Source: Clostridium sp. CAG:452 (GTDB taxonomy: Bacteria; Bacillota; Clostridia; TANB77; CAG-508). Taken from it: a DNA stretch of 64,000 nt. This document shows, piece by piece, positions 9,909 to 19,807 of the stretch (its first letter is position 1; every line of letters begins with the position of its first letter). The notes beneath the pieces were generated by a model. That model searched no databases. It was not told the DNA's origin and saw only the letters and a program-made list of their open reading frames with translations. Location: positions 83,138 to 147,137 of the forward strand of contig FR893522.1 of assembly GCA_000434035.1 (NCBI GenBank). Reading direction: 5' to 3'. The translations under genes and the position numbers were made by a program.

Positions 9909-11195
9909 TTATTTCTTTGGAACAATTTTTTCTATTCCACCCATGTAAGGTCTTAAAGTTTCTGGAATGTTAATACTTCCATCTTGATTATAGTTGTTTT
10001 CTAAAAATGCTATAAGCATACGAGGAGGAGCAACTACGGTATTATTTAATGTATGTGCAAAGTAATTTCCTTTTTCTCCTTTTATACGAATACCTAGACG
10101 TCTAGCTTGAGCATCAGTTAAATTAGAACAGCTTCCAACTTCAAAATATTTCTTTTGTCTTGGACTCCAAGCTTCAACATCACAAGATTTAGCTTTTAAA
10201 TCTGCCAAATCTCCGGAACAACATTCTAATGTACGTACTGGAATATCTAAACTTCTAAACAGTTCTACTGTATATGACCACATTTTATCATACCATTTAT
10301 AACTATCTTCCGGTTCACAAACAACTATCATTTCTTGTTTTTCAAATTGATGTATTCTATAAACTCCTCTTTCTTCTATACCATGAGCTCCTTTTTCTTT
10401 TCTAAAACATGGAGAATAAGAAGTCATTGTATAAGGAAGTTCAGCTTTTGGTAAAATTTGACCTTTAAATTTACCTATCATAGAATGTTCACTTGTACCA
10501 ATTAAATACAAATCTTCACCTTCAATTTTGTACATCATAGCATCCATTTCTTCAAAACTCATAACACCAGTTACAACATCACTACGAATCATAAAAGGAG
10601 GTACACAATAAGTAAATCCTTTATTTATCATAAAATCACGAGCATAACTAATAACTGCAGAGTGAAGTCTAGCAATATCTCCAATTAAATAATAAAAACC
10701 ATTGCCAGCAACCCTACGAGCAGAGTCTAAATCTATTCCATTAAGTCTTTCCATTATATCTGTATGATATGGAATTTCATAATCTGGAACAAATGGCTCA
10801 CCATATTTTTGAATTTCAACATTTTCTGTATCATTTTTACCAATTGGAACAGATTCATGAATTATATTAGGGATTCTCATCATTATTTCTTTTATTTTAA
10901 CAGAATACTCATCAGTATCTTTTTCTATGTTTTCTAGTTTGCTATTAATTTCATTAACTTTAGCTTTTGTACTTTCTGCTTCATCTTTTTTACCTTCACG
11001 CATTAAGTTACCAATTTCCTTGCTTAAACTATTACGTTCCATTCTTAATGTGTCACCAGAAAGTTGAAGTTCTCTATATTTTTTATCTAAATTAATTACT
11101 TCATCTACTAATCCTAATTTTTGATCTTGAAATTTTTTCTTAATATTTTCTTTAACTAAATCAGGATTTTCTCTAACGAATTTTATATCTAACAT
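9909..11195 (-). CDS. serS: serine--tRNA ligase
   Basis: 428 aa with an N-terminal coiled-coil arm and class II core motifs. Confidence 0.9.
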   Translation of the reverse strand: MLDIKFVRENPDLVKENIKKKFQDQKLGLVDEVINLDKKYRELQLSGDTLRMERNSLSKEIGNLMREGKKDEAESTKAKVNEINSKLENIEKDTDEYSVKIKEIMMRIPNIIHESVPIGKNDTENVEIQKYGEPFVPDYEIPYHTDIMERLNGIDLDSARRVAGNGFYYLIGDIARLHSAVISYARDFMINKGFTYCVPPFMIRSDVVTGVMSFEEMDAMMYKIEGEDLYLIGTSEHSMIGKFKGQILPKAELPYTMTSYSPCFRKEKGAHGIEERGVYRIHQFEKQEMIVVCEPEDSYKWYDKMWSYTVELFRSLDIPVRTLECCSGDLADLKAKSCDVEAWSPRQKKYFEVGSCSNLTDAQARRLGIRIKGEKGNYFAHTLNNTVVAPPRMLIAFLENNYNQDGSINIPETLRPYMGGIEKIVPKK

Positions 11196-11310
11196 AAAAT
11201 CACTCCTTTATACATAGAACCAGTTTACTATAAAATGGTATATTTTGCAATATACACAGCCAATTTAATTAATATTTGACATAGAAAAAATCTTTATGTA
11301 TAATGGGTTC

Positions 11311-11715
11311 ATGAAAAAGCTTGATGAAAAAACAAAAAATATGATACTTTTTGAAGTTATAGTAATGATATTTATAGCAATATTATATATTATAGTAAAA
11401 ACAGAAATTATAAAACTTGTGCCACGCTGTTATATATTAGAAAAAACAGGAATACTATGTCCAAGTTGCGGAGGAACAAGATGTATTAAAGCTTTGCTTA
11501 GTTTTAATATTAGTGAAGCCTTCAAGATGAATGCTTTTTATACAATAACTATAATTTACTTATTAATATTAAATGTAGTGTATATTTTGAACACAATATT
11601 TAAAACAAATAAATTCAAAATTATATATATAAAAAAAGTACATTTAATTATATGGCTAATAACACTTATTTTATATACAGTGTTTAGAAATATATTTATT
11701 TATATCAATGCTTAA
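11311..11715 (+). CDS. DUF2752-family membrane protein
   Basis: CPSCGGTRC motif. TTGACA, 17 nt, TATAAT promoter at 11277-11305 with the ATG about 6 nt downstream, so the transcript may be leaderless. Confidence 0.5.
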   Translation: MKKLDEKTKNMILFEVIVMIFIAILYIIVKTEIIKLVPRCYILEKTGILCPSCGGTRCIKALLSFNISEAFKMNAFYTITIIYLLILNVVYILNTIFKTNKFKIIYIKKVHLIIWLITLILYTVFRNIFIYINA

Positions 11716-11739
11716 ATGATATAAGAAAGGGGAATTATT

Positions 11740-12147
11740 ATGGACGAAGAAAAGAAAGAGCAAGAGGAGAAAGCAGTAAAACCAGAAGTGGTAGAAGAAC
11801 AAAAAGCAGAAGAAAATAAGGAAGAAAGCAAAGGAATGAGTATTGCAGCATTAATACTTGGAATTGTATCATTGGTAATGCTATGTATTTGGTACATATC
11901 TATACCTTGTTCAATTCTTGCTATAATATTTGGTATATTAGGCAGAAAAAAAGGTGGAAAAGGAATGGGAACAGCGGGTCTAGTTTTAGGAATAATTACT
12001 GTTGCATTTTTAATAATGATATATATACTTTTTGTTGCAGGAATAGCAACTATGTTTTCTGTACTTAAAGATATAGACTATAATAAGATAGATTCTGAAA
12101 ATATTTTACAAGCAATAAATTCTATTAATGCAAATGTTTCTTTATAG
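11740..12147 (+). CDS. DUF4190-like membrane protein with an acidic N-terminal tail
   Basis: Strong RBS AAAGGGG. Glu/Lys-rich N-terminus followed by two hydrophobic helices. Confidence 0.55.
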   Translation: MDEEKKEQEEKAVKPEVVEEQKAEENKEESKGMSIAALILGIVSLVMLCIWYISIPCSILAIIFGILGRKKGGKGMGTAGLVLGIITVAFLIMIYILFVAGIATMFSVLKDIDYNKIDSENILQAINSINANVSL

Positions 12148-12161
12148 TTTATGCAAAACTG

Positions 12162-12195
12162 ACAAAAACAAGGCATATAATGTCTTGTTTTTTTG
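12162..12195 (+). terminator. rho-independent terminator
   Basis: ACAAGGCATATAATGTCTTGT hairpin followed by TTTTTTTG. Confidence 0.55.
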
Positions 12196-12245
12196 TTACA
12201 TTAATTATATAATGTGACTATTCATTAAGAAGAATAGGAGATAGT

Positions 12246-12599
12246 ATGTTAAAATATATCGCAATAACAATAGGATTCACCATAGCATATGTTGGATTTG
12301 GATTAATCAATTTTTATCAATCAAAAAATATTGAACCTACATTTATAAATTTATTAAAATATAACTTATGTATTATACCAATAACTTTTACCCTTAATTT
12401 TATAGTAACATTAATTTTTAATAAAGGATACAAAGCAGTTGGACAAATGCTGCCAGTAACTATAATCTATATCGCAGTAGGTGTATTTTCTTATGTTATA
12501 GTAAATTATTTATACTTTAAAGAAACACCAAAATTAAATCAAATAATAGCAATTGCATTAGTTTTAATAGGATTAATAATATGTAACTATAAAAAGTAA
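12246..12599 (+). CDS. small 4-TM membrane protein, function unknown
   Basis: 117 aa, hydrophobic, RBS AGGAGA. Confidence 0.5.
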   Translation: MLKYIAITIGFTIAYVGFGLINFYQSKNIEPTFINLLKYNLCIIPITFTLNFIVTLIFNKGYKAVGQMLPVTIIYIAVGVFSYVIVNYLYFKETPKLNQIIAIALVLIGLIICNYKK

Positions 12600-12601
12600 A
12601 A

Positions 12602-12841
12602 TTATTTAATTTTATTAATAACAAATGCAGACATAAAAGAAGAAACAGCAAAAAACAAACCTGTTCTAAAAAGTATTAAACTAGAATCATATATAATATG
12701 AGAAGTTGGATATGTATTGTATAAAGATAATATGAAAGTAGCAAATAAGCATAATACAAAGGAAATTTTAAAACCTACTTTCATGGCTTTTACAATAGGC
12801 ATGTCCATATTTTTTATTTCTAAAATTAGTTTATTAATCAT
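12602..12841 (-). CDS. hypothetical membrane protein
   Basis: Start taken at MINKLILEI, 9 nt after a GGAGGT RBS. Convergent with and abutting the upstream gene. Confidence 0.4.
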   Translation of the reverse strand: MINKLILEIKNMDMPIVKAMKVGFKISFVLCLFATFILSLYNTYPTSHIIYDSSLILFRTGLFFAVSSFMSAFVINKIK

Positions 12842-12951
12842 ATAAAACTTACCTCCAAAAGAAAACATCATCTAAAACAATGTTAACATAATTAATAAAT
12901 GAAATCAAAGGAAATAATTGGACAAATTGGAATTTGTAATTATATTCAAAA

Positions 12952-12982
12952 TTGTAGGGATCGCCGTCCTCGGCGACCCGAC
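12952..12982. repeat. GC-rich palindromic intergenic repeat, copy 1 (GTAGGGATCGCCGTCCTCGGCGACCCG)
   Basis: GC island in an AT-rich intergenic region. Related copies at 32224-32245 and 40724-40751. Confidence 0.7.
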
Positions 12983-13005
12983 CAATTAAGAATAAAAAAA
13001 GAAAA

Positions 13006-13035
13006 AAAGCAAATCTTTCGATTTGCTTAAATATT
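13006..13035 (-). terminator. rho-independent terminator of rpsT
   Basis: The minus strand reads AAGCAAATCGAAAGATTTGCTT followed by a T-run. Confidence 0.55.
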
Positions 13036-13041
13036 AATTAC

Positions 13042-13302
13042 TTATGCTAATGTATTTAATTTTTTAGCTAAATTAGATTTTTTTCTAGAAGCAGTGTTCT
13101 TTTTGATAATGCCTTTTGAACAAGCACCATCTATTTTTTTAACAGCATCTTTAAATAATTTTTCAGCGTCTTTGTTTCCTTCTGCTACTGCTGATTCGAA
13201 TTTTTTAACAGCTGTTTTATATTCAGATTTAATCATATTATTTCTTAATGTTTTCTTCTCAATAACATCAACTCTTTTTATTGCAGATTTGATATTTGGC
13301 AT
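13042..13302 (-). CDS. rpsT: 30S ribosomal protein S20
   Basis: 86 aa, MPNIKSAIKRV...SRKKSNLAKKLN. Confidence 0.9.
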   Translation of the reverse strand: MPNIKSAIKRVDVIEKKTLRNNMIKSEYKTAVKKFESAVAEGNKDAEKLFKDAVKKIDGACSKGIIKKNTASRKKSNLAKKLNTLA

Positions 13303-13457
13303 ATGCTTTGCACCTCCTTAAAGTCAATAATAAATTTCACTCCTACTATTCTAACACGTAAAATTCAAATTTGCAAGTAAAAAATGGTAAAAACTAACGA
13401 AAAAACAGATGTTTACAATAAAGAAAAAATTGTATATAATATTTAAGAGGTGAAAAA

Positions 13458-14621
13458 ATGGAAAAATACTTACAAAAAGCAAAAGAAAATATGATTGCAA
13501 AAGAAAGCATACTATCAAAATATGCATGTAAATCAGAAAATGCAATATTATTAAAAGAAGATAATGATGAAGATATTAGACCACCATTCTTTAGAGATAT
13601 AGATAGAATCATACATTCTTTAGCATATACAAGATACATAGATAAAACACAGGTGTATTCATTTATAGAAAATGACCATATTACTCATAGAGTACTACAT
13701 GTTCAATTGGTTTCTAAAATAGCAAGAACAATAGGAAGAAGTTTAATGCTAAACGAAGACTTAATAGAAGCAATAGCATTAGGACATGACGTAGGACACA
13801 GCCCATTTGGACATAAAGGAGAAACATATTTAAACAATTTAAGTCAAAGAGAAAAAGTGGGACATTTTTATCACAATGCGCAAAGTGTAAGAGTACTAAA
13901 GGATTTGGAACATTTAAATGTTAGTGTACAAACATTAGACGGAATACTTGCACATAATGGAGAGATTTTAGTAAATAAATATGAATATAATGAAAATAAA
14001 ACAAAAGAAGAGTTTTTACAAGAATTGCATGATGTATTTTATAAAAAAGATTACAGTAAAAAAATTCTTCCAATGACATTAGAAGGTGCAGTAGTAAGAT
14101 TATCGGATATAATTGCATATATAGGAAGAGATATAGAAGATTCAATAAAAGTTGGAGTTATAACAAGAGAAGATATACCACAAAGTATTACAAATGTGCT
14201 AGGAGATAATAACTCTAAAATAGTAGATACGCTAATAAAAGATATAATAATAAATAGCATGGGAAAACCATATTTAACTTTTTCAGATGATGTGTTTTCT
14301 GCATTATTGGAACTTATGGATTGGAACTATAAATATATATATGCTTCAAAAGAAGCAAATAAGCATCAAGAAATAGTGAAAGTGCTGTTTGATGAATTAT
14401 TTGATTGTTATTTAGAAAAAGCAAAAAAAGTTGAGAACTTAAATACCAGCCTTAGTCAATCAGATAAAAACTTTTATGAATTTTTAAAAGAACATTCCGA
14501 AAAAAATAAACTAGAAAGAATAATAATAGATTATATGGCGGGACAAACGGATAAATACTTCTTAAAAGAGTGTGAAGAAAATATTAAAGGCTTTAATATG
14601 GAAGAGCTATATAGAAATTAA
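13458..14621 (+). CDS. dGTPase-like HD-domain deoxynucleoside triphosphate triphosphohydrolase
   Basis: HD motif ALGHDVGHSPFGH. TTTACA, 17 nt, TATAAT promoter and GAGGTG RBS. Confidence 0.8.
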   Translation: MEKYLQKAKENMIAKESILSKYACKSENAILLKEDNDEDIRPPFFRDIDRIIHSLAYTRYIDKTQVYSFIENDHITHRVLHVQLVSKIARTIGRSLMLNEDLIEAIALGHDVGHSPFGHKGETYLNNLSQREKVGHFYHNAQSVRVLKDLEHLNVSVQTLDGILAHNGEILVNKYEYNENKTKEEFLQELHDVFYKKDYSKKILPMTLEGAVVRLSDIIAYIGRDIEDSIKVGVITREDIPQSITNVLGDNNSKIVDTLIKDIIINSMGKPYLTFSDDVFSALLELMDWNYKYIYASKEANKHQEIVKVLFDELFDCYLEKAKKVENLNTSLSQSDKNFYEFLKEHSEKNKLERIIIDYMAGQTDKYFLKECEENIKGFNMEELYRN

Positions 14622-14688
14622 AAATATTACATAAATTATTCAAAAATGGAATATACTACAATTAAAACAAACGAAAGAAGGATAATTT

Positions 14689-14937
14689 ATGCAAAAAAAT
14701 AAAGAGCAAAAAGAAATTGAATTAATTAAATGTATAAGAGATACAAAAAGAAGATTAAATACTGCTAATAAAAATTTTGAGACAGCAGAGGCAGAATTAA
14801 TAGACTATTATGCCTACCAAATAAAAGCTGAAAAGGCAAAGTTAGATTATTTAATAAAAGAAGTTAAAAACATAGGTATAAGAGTTGATGTAATTAATAA
14901 TATAGAAATTTTATTAGAAGAAACAAGAGCAATATAG
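14689..14937 (+). CDS. yaaL: YaaL-like protein (DUF2508), sporulation-associated
   Basis: 82 aa. Its position immediately upstream of bofA matches the recR-yaaL-bofA arrangement of Bacillus. Confidence 0.5.
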   Translation: MQKNKEQKEIELIKCIRDTKRRLNTANKNFETAEAELIDYYAYQIKAEKAKLDYLIKEVKNIGIRVDVINNIEILLEETRAI

Positions 14938-14996
14938 TAATAATTAAATAAAACAAGCATAATTATAGTATAAGTTAAAAATGGGAGGATAAGCCT

Positions 14997-15263
14997 ATGG
15001 ATAATACTAATACTATAATTATTTTTTTGTCATGCATTTTTGCAATATTAATATTTGGAAAGTTATTTATTATGCCAATAAAACAAATACTTAAACTGGT
15101 CTTTAATTCTATTATTGGAGGAATATTAATACTAATTATTAATTGGATAGGAGCAATGTTTAACTTTCACATAGGTTTAAACATATTTACAGCAATTTTT
15201 GTTGGCATATTAGGGATACCTGGAGCAGTATTGCTTGCTATTTTTAAATTAATTTTATTTTAA
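14997..15263 (+). CDS. bofA: pro-sigma-K processing inhibitor BofA
   Basis: 88 aa, two TM helices, and the conserved HIGLNIFTAIFVGILGIPGAVLL segment. Confidence 0.75.
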   Translation: MDNTNTIIIFLSCIFAILIFGKLFIMPIKQILKLVFNSIIGGILILIINWIGAMFNFHIGLNIFTAIFVGILGIPGAVLLAIFKLILF

Positions 15264-15265
15264 AA

Positions 15266-15296
15266 AAGATGGTCAATTTGACCATCTTTTTGTTTT
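15266..15296. terminator. bidirectional rho-independent terminator
   Basis: AGATGGTCAAATTGACCATCT hairpin flanked by A and T runs, between convergent genes. Confidence 0.6.
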
Positions 15297-16971
15297 AACG
15301 TGAACCCATTCCGTCCACCGACCACCGAAAGAGCCACCTCCGGCCACCACCAGAAGAAAATCCACCGCCACCACTGCTATAACTTCCTGCGTTGGCACTA
15401 GAAATGCCGGAATTTGAAATGGTATATATTAAAAATATATCATCAAAATCATAGTTATAATTCTCAATGATTTCAGGATATAATTTTTTAAATTGAGTAG
15501 CTACTTTTTTAGCAATACCTAAAATTTGAGCAAATATTAAATAATCTTCAAAAAGGTTAACTTCGATTGGCTCTCTTTCTTTAATAAGAGTAAATTCTTC
15601 TAAGAATTTTTTTAAACCAGCTAATTCTTTTGCTTCGTCCATCAAAGAACTATCAACAATATATTGTTTTATTTTAAAAATTTTATATTTCACTATTTCT
15701 ATTTTTTCAATTTTTCCTTCTTGAATAAGCAAATTACGTTCATAATCTAAAATTTTATCAAACCAATGTAAGATTTGAGAATAATTTTTAGAACACCACT
15801 TTTCAAACTCTTTTTCTTGTAAAATATCATCTTTACTTGCTTCCTTTATCATTTTATAAAGAGCTTCTTCATGTTCATTTAGAAAAGACCTATCATTTTT
15901 TAAAACAATACAAGTATCCTCTTTTTTAAATATTTTTCCAACTTCTTGCTTCTCTATGCTTATTCTATTTTCTTTAAGCCATTTTAAAAAAATTGCACCT
16001 AGAAAGTCAGTTTTCTTTTTTAATAATTTATAATTATATGCTATAAAATAAGCTCGAAAAATGTCACCTTTACATGGAATATCTCTATACAAAGGAACAT
16101 CTTTTGGAACCTTATTTCCTGTTTCACCAAATTTAAGAAGATTTTCTTGTGGAAGAGTAATACCAATGAATACAGCGACAACAGCTATAAGTCCAAACAC
16201 AATTGCTGAAATAGTACATATTCTATTGATAATAGAAGCATTAGTACTAGAATAATCAGTTGAACCATCCTCGGCCATTTCATAATAATAATTAAAATCT
16301 TTATTTAACACGTTAGATGTATTAAATGTACCTAGAGGGAATTTAGCTAAAATAGTCATATATTCATCACTATCTAATTTTCCATCAGATTGCATTTCTA
16401 TGTATCCATCATAAACGTAACAAGTTCCACCATAATTTCCATATCCCCATACAGGAGTTTCAAAATCGTAATCAAAATTACTATGGATTTTAATATATAC
16501 ACTTCCTTTAGTATTGCCACTAGGAATTAGCTCCCAATAAATCATTTGAGAGTCACTTAATTCTGAAACAAAATTAGTTATTGTATAGTTTATAGTATAA
16601 GTATGCCTTCCATAAGAACTAATACCCCAACAAAGCTCAACACCATCTGAAATCTTATTTATACCACATTTGTAAGCTTTGCTATTAAAAGAAGCATCTA
16701 CATTCCAATGAGATAGAAGAGTATAATTAGTAGTTTCATCACTAACTTTAAGATTTTTAAAACTAGAATTACCAATATTTTTAAAAGAATGATAGTTTTC
16801 TGTACCACTATTTACAGTGTAGTCCCAAACTTCTGTAATATCAGCGTTTCCATTATCATCAATAAAGACATCCATTTTTACTGAATTTAAAGTATTTGCA
16901 TTTACATTTCCAATAAAAATGAAGAACAAGAATATAAATACAAAAAATAAAGTTTTGTAAAATCTTTTCAT
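15295..16971 (-). CDS. DUF2207-family membrane protein with a Gly-rich C-terminal tail
   Basis: Signal or TM N-terminus, large extracytoplasmic domain, TM segments and a C-terminal SSGGGGFSSGGG tail. Start at MKRFYK after a GGGGGA RBS. The extreme C-terminus may hide another +C frameshift (GGC[C]GGAGG). Confidence 0.65.
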   Translation of the reverse strand: MKRFYKTLFFVFIFLFFIFIGNVNANTLNSVKMDVFIDDNGNADITEVWDYTVNSGTENYHSFKNIGNSSFKNLKVSDETTNYTLLSHWNVDASFNSKAYKCGINKISDGVELCWGISSYGRHTYTINYTITNFVSELSDSQMIYWELIPSGNTKGSVYIKIHSNFDYDFETPVWGYGNYGGTCYVYDGYIEMQSDGKLDSDEYMTILAKFPLGTFNTSNVLNKDFNYYYEMAEDGSTDYSSTNASIINRICTISAIVFGLIAVVAVFIGITLPQENLLKFGETGNKVPKDVPLYRDIPCKGDIFRAYFIAYNYKLLKKKTDFLGAIFLKWLKENRISIEKQEVGKIFKKEDTCIVLKNDRSFLNEHEEALYKMIKEASKDDILQEKEFEKWCSKNYSQILHWFDKILDYERNLLIQEGKIEKIEIVKYKIFKIKQYIVDSSLMDEAKELAGLKKFLEEFTLIKEREPIEVNLFEDYLIFAQILGIAKKVATQFKKLYPEIIENYNYDFDDIFLIYTISNSGISSANAGSYSSGGGGFSSGGGRRWLFRWSVDGMGSR

Positions 16972-17085
16972 TAAATAATATCCCCCCATAATCATAATTA
17001 ATTAAAGTCTACCATATAGGTTGAAAAAAAACAATAAAAAGAGTATAATATAAAATATTAATTTATTTTAAGAGAGGTATTAAAA

Positions 17086-17607
17086 ATGGTAGAAATTAAA
17101 ACATTAATTGATGAAGAAAAACTACACAACAGAATTGACGAAATTGCAAAACAAATAGAAGAGGAGTACAAAGGTAAAGAACTTACACTTATATGTATAT
17201 TAAAAGGTTCGGTATTTTTCACAGTAGATTTAGCAAAGAGAATTAATGGAGATGTAAGATTAGAATTTATAAGAGTATCTAGCTATGGAGAAGGAACAGA
17301 AAGCACAGGAGAAATAAAAATGAAGCTAGATTTAAAAGATAGTATTCAAGGCAAAGACATAATAGTAGTAGAAGATATAATAGATACAGGAAGAACATTA
17401 TCATACTTAATAGAATACCTAAAAATGAAAAAACCAAACAGTGTAAAATTATGTGCTTTATTAGACAAGCCAGATAGAAGAGTTATGAAAGATGTAAAAG
17501 TTGACTACACAGGATTTGAAATACCAGATAAATTTGTTGTAGGATATGGATTAGACTGGGATGAAAAATATAGAAATCTACCATATATAGGATACATAGA
17601 GCAATAA
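17086..17607 (+). CDS. hpt: hypoxanthine phosphoribosyltransferase
   Basis: PRPP-binding motif VVEDIIDTGRT, 173 aa. Confidence 0.9.
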   Translation: MVEIKTLIDEEKLHNRIDEIAKQIEEEYKGKELTLICILKGSVFFTVDLAKRINGDVRLEFIRVSSYGEGTESTGEIKMKLDLKDSIQGKDIIVVEDIIDTGRTLSYLIEYLKMKKPNSVKLCALLDKPDRRVMKDVKVDYTGFEIPDKFVVGYGLDWDEKYRNLPYIGYIEQ

Positions 17608-17608
17608 C

Positions 17609-17630
17609 AAAAGGGGACAGCCCCCTTTTG
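17609..17630 (+). terminator. rho-independent terminator
   Basis: AAAAGGGGACAGCCCCCTTTTG. Confidence 0.65.
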
Positions 17631-17691
17631 TTTCAAAATATAAAAAACGTTAATGTTTAGAATAAAATTAAAAAATATGGAGAGTAAAACG

Positions 17692-17716
17692 AAAGGGGTC
17701 TGTCCCCTTTTATTTT
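17692..17716 (+). terminator. second tandem stem-loop with a U-tract
   Basis: AAAGGGGTCTGTCCCCTTTTATTTT. Confidence 0.5.
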
Positions 17717-17724
17717 AAAATAGT

Positions 17725-19512
17725 ATGTTTAATATAGAAAAAGAACTAAAAAAACTTCCAGATAAACCTGGAGTTTATATTATGAGAGATAAAAACGATA
17801 ATATTCTATATGTTGGAAAGGCTGTTGTACTAAAAAATAGAGTAAGACAGTACTTTAGAAAAACAAACAAAACAGCTAGAATAGAAAAAATGGTTTCTTT
17901 AATAGATCATTTTGAATATATCGTAACAGATAATGAAGCAGAGGCATTGATATTAGAATGTAATCTAATAAAAAAGAATATGCCTAAATTTAACGTGCTT
18001 TTAAAAGACGATAAAACATACCCATATATAAAAATTGATATAAAATCGGATTATCCAAATGTATTTATAACTAGAAGAATTCAAAATGATGGAGCAAGAT
18101 ATTTTGGACCATATGCTAATGCAGGCGCAGCAAAGGAAATGATTGACTTTATAAAAGAAAGATTTAAAATAAGGCAATGCAAAAAATTTAAAAGTAATCA
18201 AAGAGCATGCCTAAATTATCACATAAAAAAATGTTTAGCACCATGCATGGGATATGTAACAAAAGAAGAATATAAAAAACAAATAGACGAAATTATAATG
18301 CTTCTAGAAGGTAAAACAAAGGAAATTATAAAACAAATAGATAGTGATATTATTAAACTTTCAGAAAAACAAGAATATGAAAAAGCAGCAGAATTAAGGG
18401 ACAAAAAGATTGCGATAGAAAGAATTTCTGAAAGACAGAAGGTTTCCAATATAAATGAAAGAGCAATAGATGTTGTGGGAATTGCAAAAAATGAATTATC
18501 TATATGTATAGAAGTGTTTTTTGTTAGAAATAGCAAAATGGTTGGAAGAGAACATTACTTTTTTGAAAATTCAAACAATTTAACGGAAAAAGAGCTGTTG
18601 TCAGAATTTATAAAGCAATATTATATAAATAAACTAGACTTACCAAGTAAAATAATGTTACCACAAGAAATAGAAGACATAGAGGCAATAGAGAAATTAT
18701 TATCAGATAAAGTTCAAAGGAAAATAGAATTTAAAGTGCCTCAAAAGGGTGAAAAACTACGATTTATAGAAATGGCAAACAACAATGCAAAAATAACATT
18801 AGAAAACAAAACAAAGGAAAAAGAAGATATTGTATTACAATTAAAAGAAGCACTAAAATTAGAAAAATTGCCACGAAAAATAGAATGCTTTGACATATCA
18901 AATATGGCTGGAGACTACATGGTAGCAGGTATGTGTGTAGCAAAAGATGGAGTAATAAATAAAAAATTAGGAAGAAAATTTAAAATAAAAACAGTATTTA
19001 CACAAGATGACCCAAGATGTATGGAAGAGGTAGTAACAAGAAGGCTAAAACATTCTATAGAAAATTCAAAAGGGGCATTTGGAACTTTGCCAGACGTGAT
19101 TTTTGCAGATGGTGGAATAACACAAATAAGAGCAATAAAAAAAGCAATAAACAAGTACAATATAGAAATTCCAGTATTTGGAATGGTAAAAGATGACAAG
19201 CATAGTACTAAAAAATTAATAGATGAAAATAAAAATGAGATAGAATTATCGCAGGACTTAATGAATTTTATAACAAATATGCAAGATGAAGTTCATAGAG
19301 TAGCAATTGAATATAATAGAAATTTACGAAATAAAGACACAACAAAATCTAAATTAGATAGCATAAATGGAATAGGAAAAAAAAGAAAGCAAGAATTACT
19401 TAAAAAATTTGGTAGCGTAGAAGGAATAAAAAAGGCTGATATTCTAGAAATTATGGAAGTAAAAGGAATAACAGAAGAATTAGCAAGAAAAATAAAGAAA
19501 GAGCTCCTATGA
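17725..19512 (+). CDS. uvrC: excinuclease ABC subunit C
   Basis: GIY-YIG N-terminus (GVYIMRDKNDNILYVGKA), UvrBC motif, RNase H-like and HhH domains. 595 aa. Confidence 0.9.
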   Translation: MFNIEKELKKLPDKPGVYIMRDKNDNILYVGKAVVLKNRVRQYFRKTNKTARIEKMVSLIDHFEYIVTDNEAEALILECNLIKKNMPKFNVLLKDDKTYPYIKIDIKSDYPNVFITRRIQNDGARYFGPYANAGAAKEMIDFIKERFKIRQCKKFKSNQRACLNYHIKKCLAPCMGYVTKEEYKKQIDEIIMLLEGKTKEIIKQIDSDIIKLSEKQEYEKAAELRDKKIAIERISERQKVSNINERAIDVVGIAKNELSICIEVFFVRNSKMVGREHYFFENSNNLTEKELLSEFIKQYYINKLDLPSKIMLPQEIEDIEAIEKLLSDKVQRKIEFKVPQKGEKLRFIEMANNNAKITLENKTKEKEDIVLQLKEALKLEKLPRKIECFDISNMAGDYMVAGMCVAKDGVINKKLGRKFKIKTVFTQDDPRCMEEVVTRRLKHSIENSKGAFGTLPDVIFADGGITQIRAIKKAINKYNIEIPVFGMVKDDKHSTKKLIDENKNEIELSQDLMNFITNMQDEVHRVAIEYNRNLRNKDTTKSKLDSINGIGKKRKQELLKKFGSVEGIKKADILEIMEVKGITEELARKIKKELL

Positions 19513-19575
19513 AAGTTGTAATATTCAATTCATTCCTTGAATATATATGTAAAAAAGGACAAGGAGTGAATTAAA

Positions 19576-19776
19576 ATGATTGATATTACAAAAGATGAAT
19601 TTTGGGATGCTAAGTATGAAGAAACAAGCAGAATAGAAAGAAAAGAGAACAAAGTAAAACAATTTATAATAAAACATAAAATAATAACAACATTGCTAGT
19701 GAGTTTAAGCATATTAGTAGCAATAAATACAATTTTAATATATAATTTTTTTAGAATATTAGGAGCAATTAGATAA
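19576..19776 (+). CDS. small membrane protein (66 aa)
   Basis: AAGGAG RBS and a single C-terminal TM helix. Confidence 0.4.
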   Translation: MIDITKDEFWDAKYEETSRIERKENKVKQFIIKHKIITTLLVSLSILVAINTILIYNFFRILGAIR

Positions 19777-19807
19777 ATTGGAATGAACAAATTAAAAGGA
19801 GAAGCAA

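Noticed and set aside
11196-11295. A possible T-box leader for serS on the minus strand.
   Set aside because: The upstream intergenic space is only about 100 nt. It contains a plus-strand TTGACA/TATAAT promoter and no T-box consensus.
11883-12068. A 61-aa ORF in an alternative frame inside the DUF4190 gene, and similar short internal ORFs such as 16061-16255 and 21840-22061.
   Set aside because: They are embedded in better-supported genes, have no RBS, and their composition is consistent with chance.
15295-15360. An additional +C frameshift at the C-terminus of the DUF2207 gene (GGC[C]GGAGG).
   Set aside because: No single-base correction yields a clean conserved ending, so it could not be confirmed. 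It is left as a note only.
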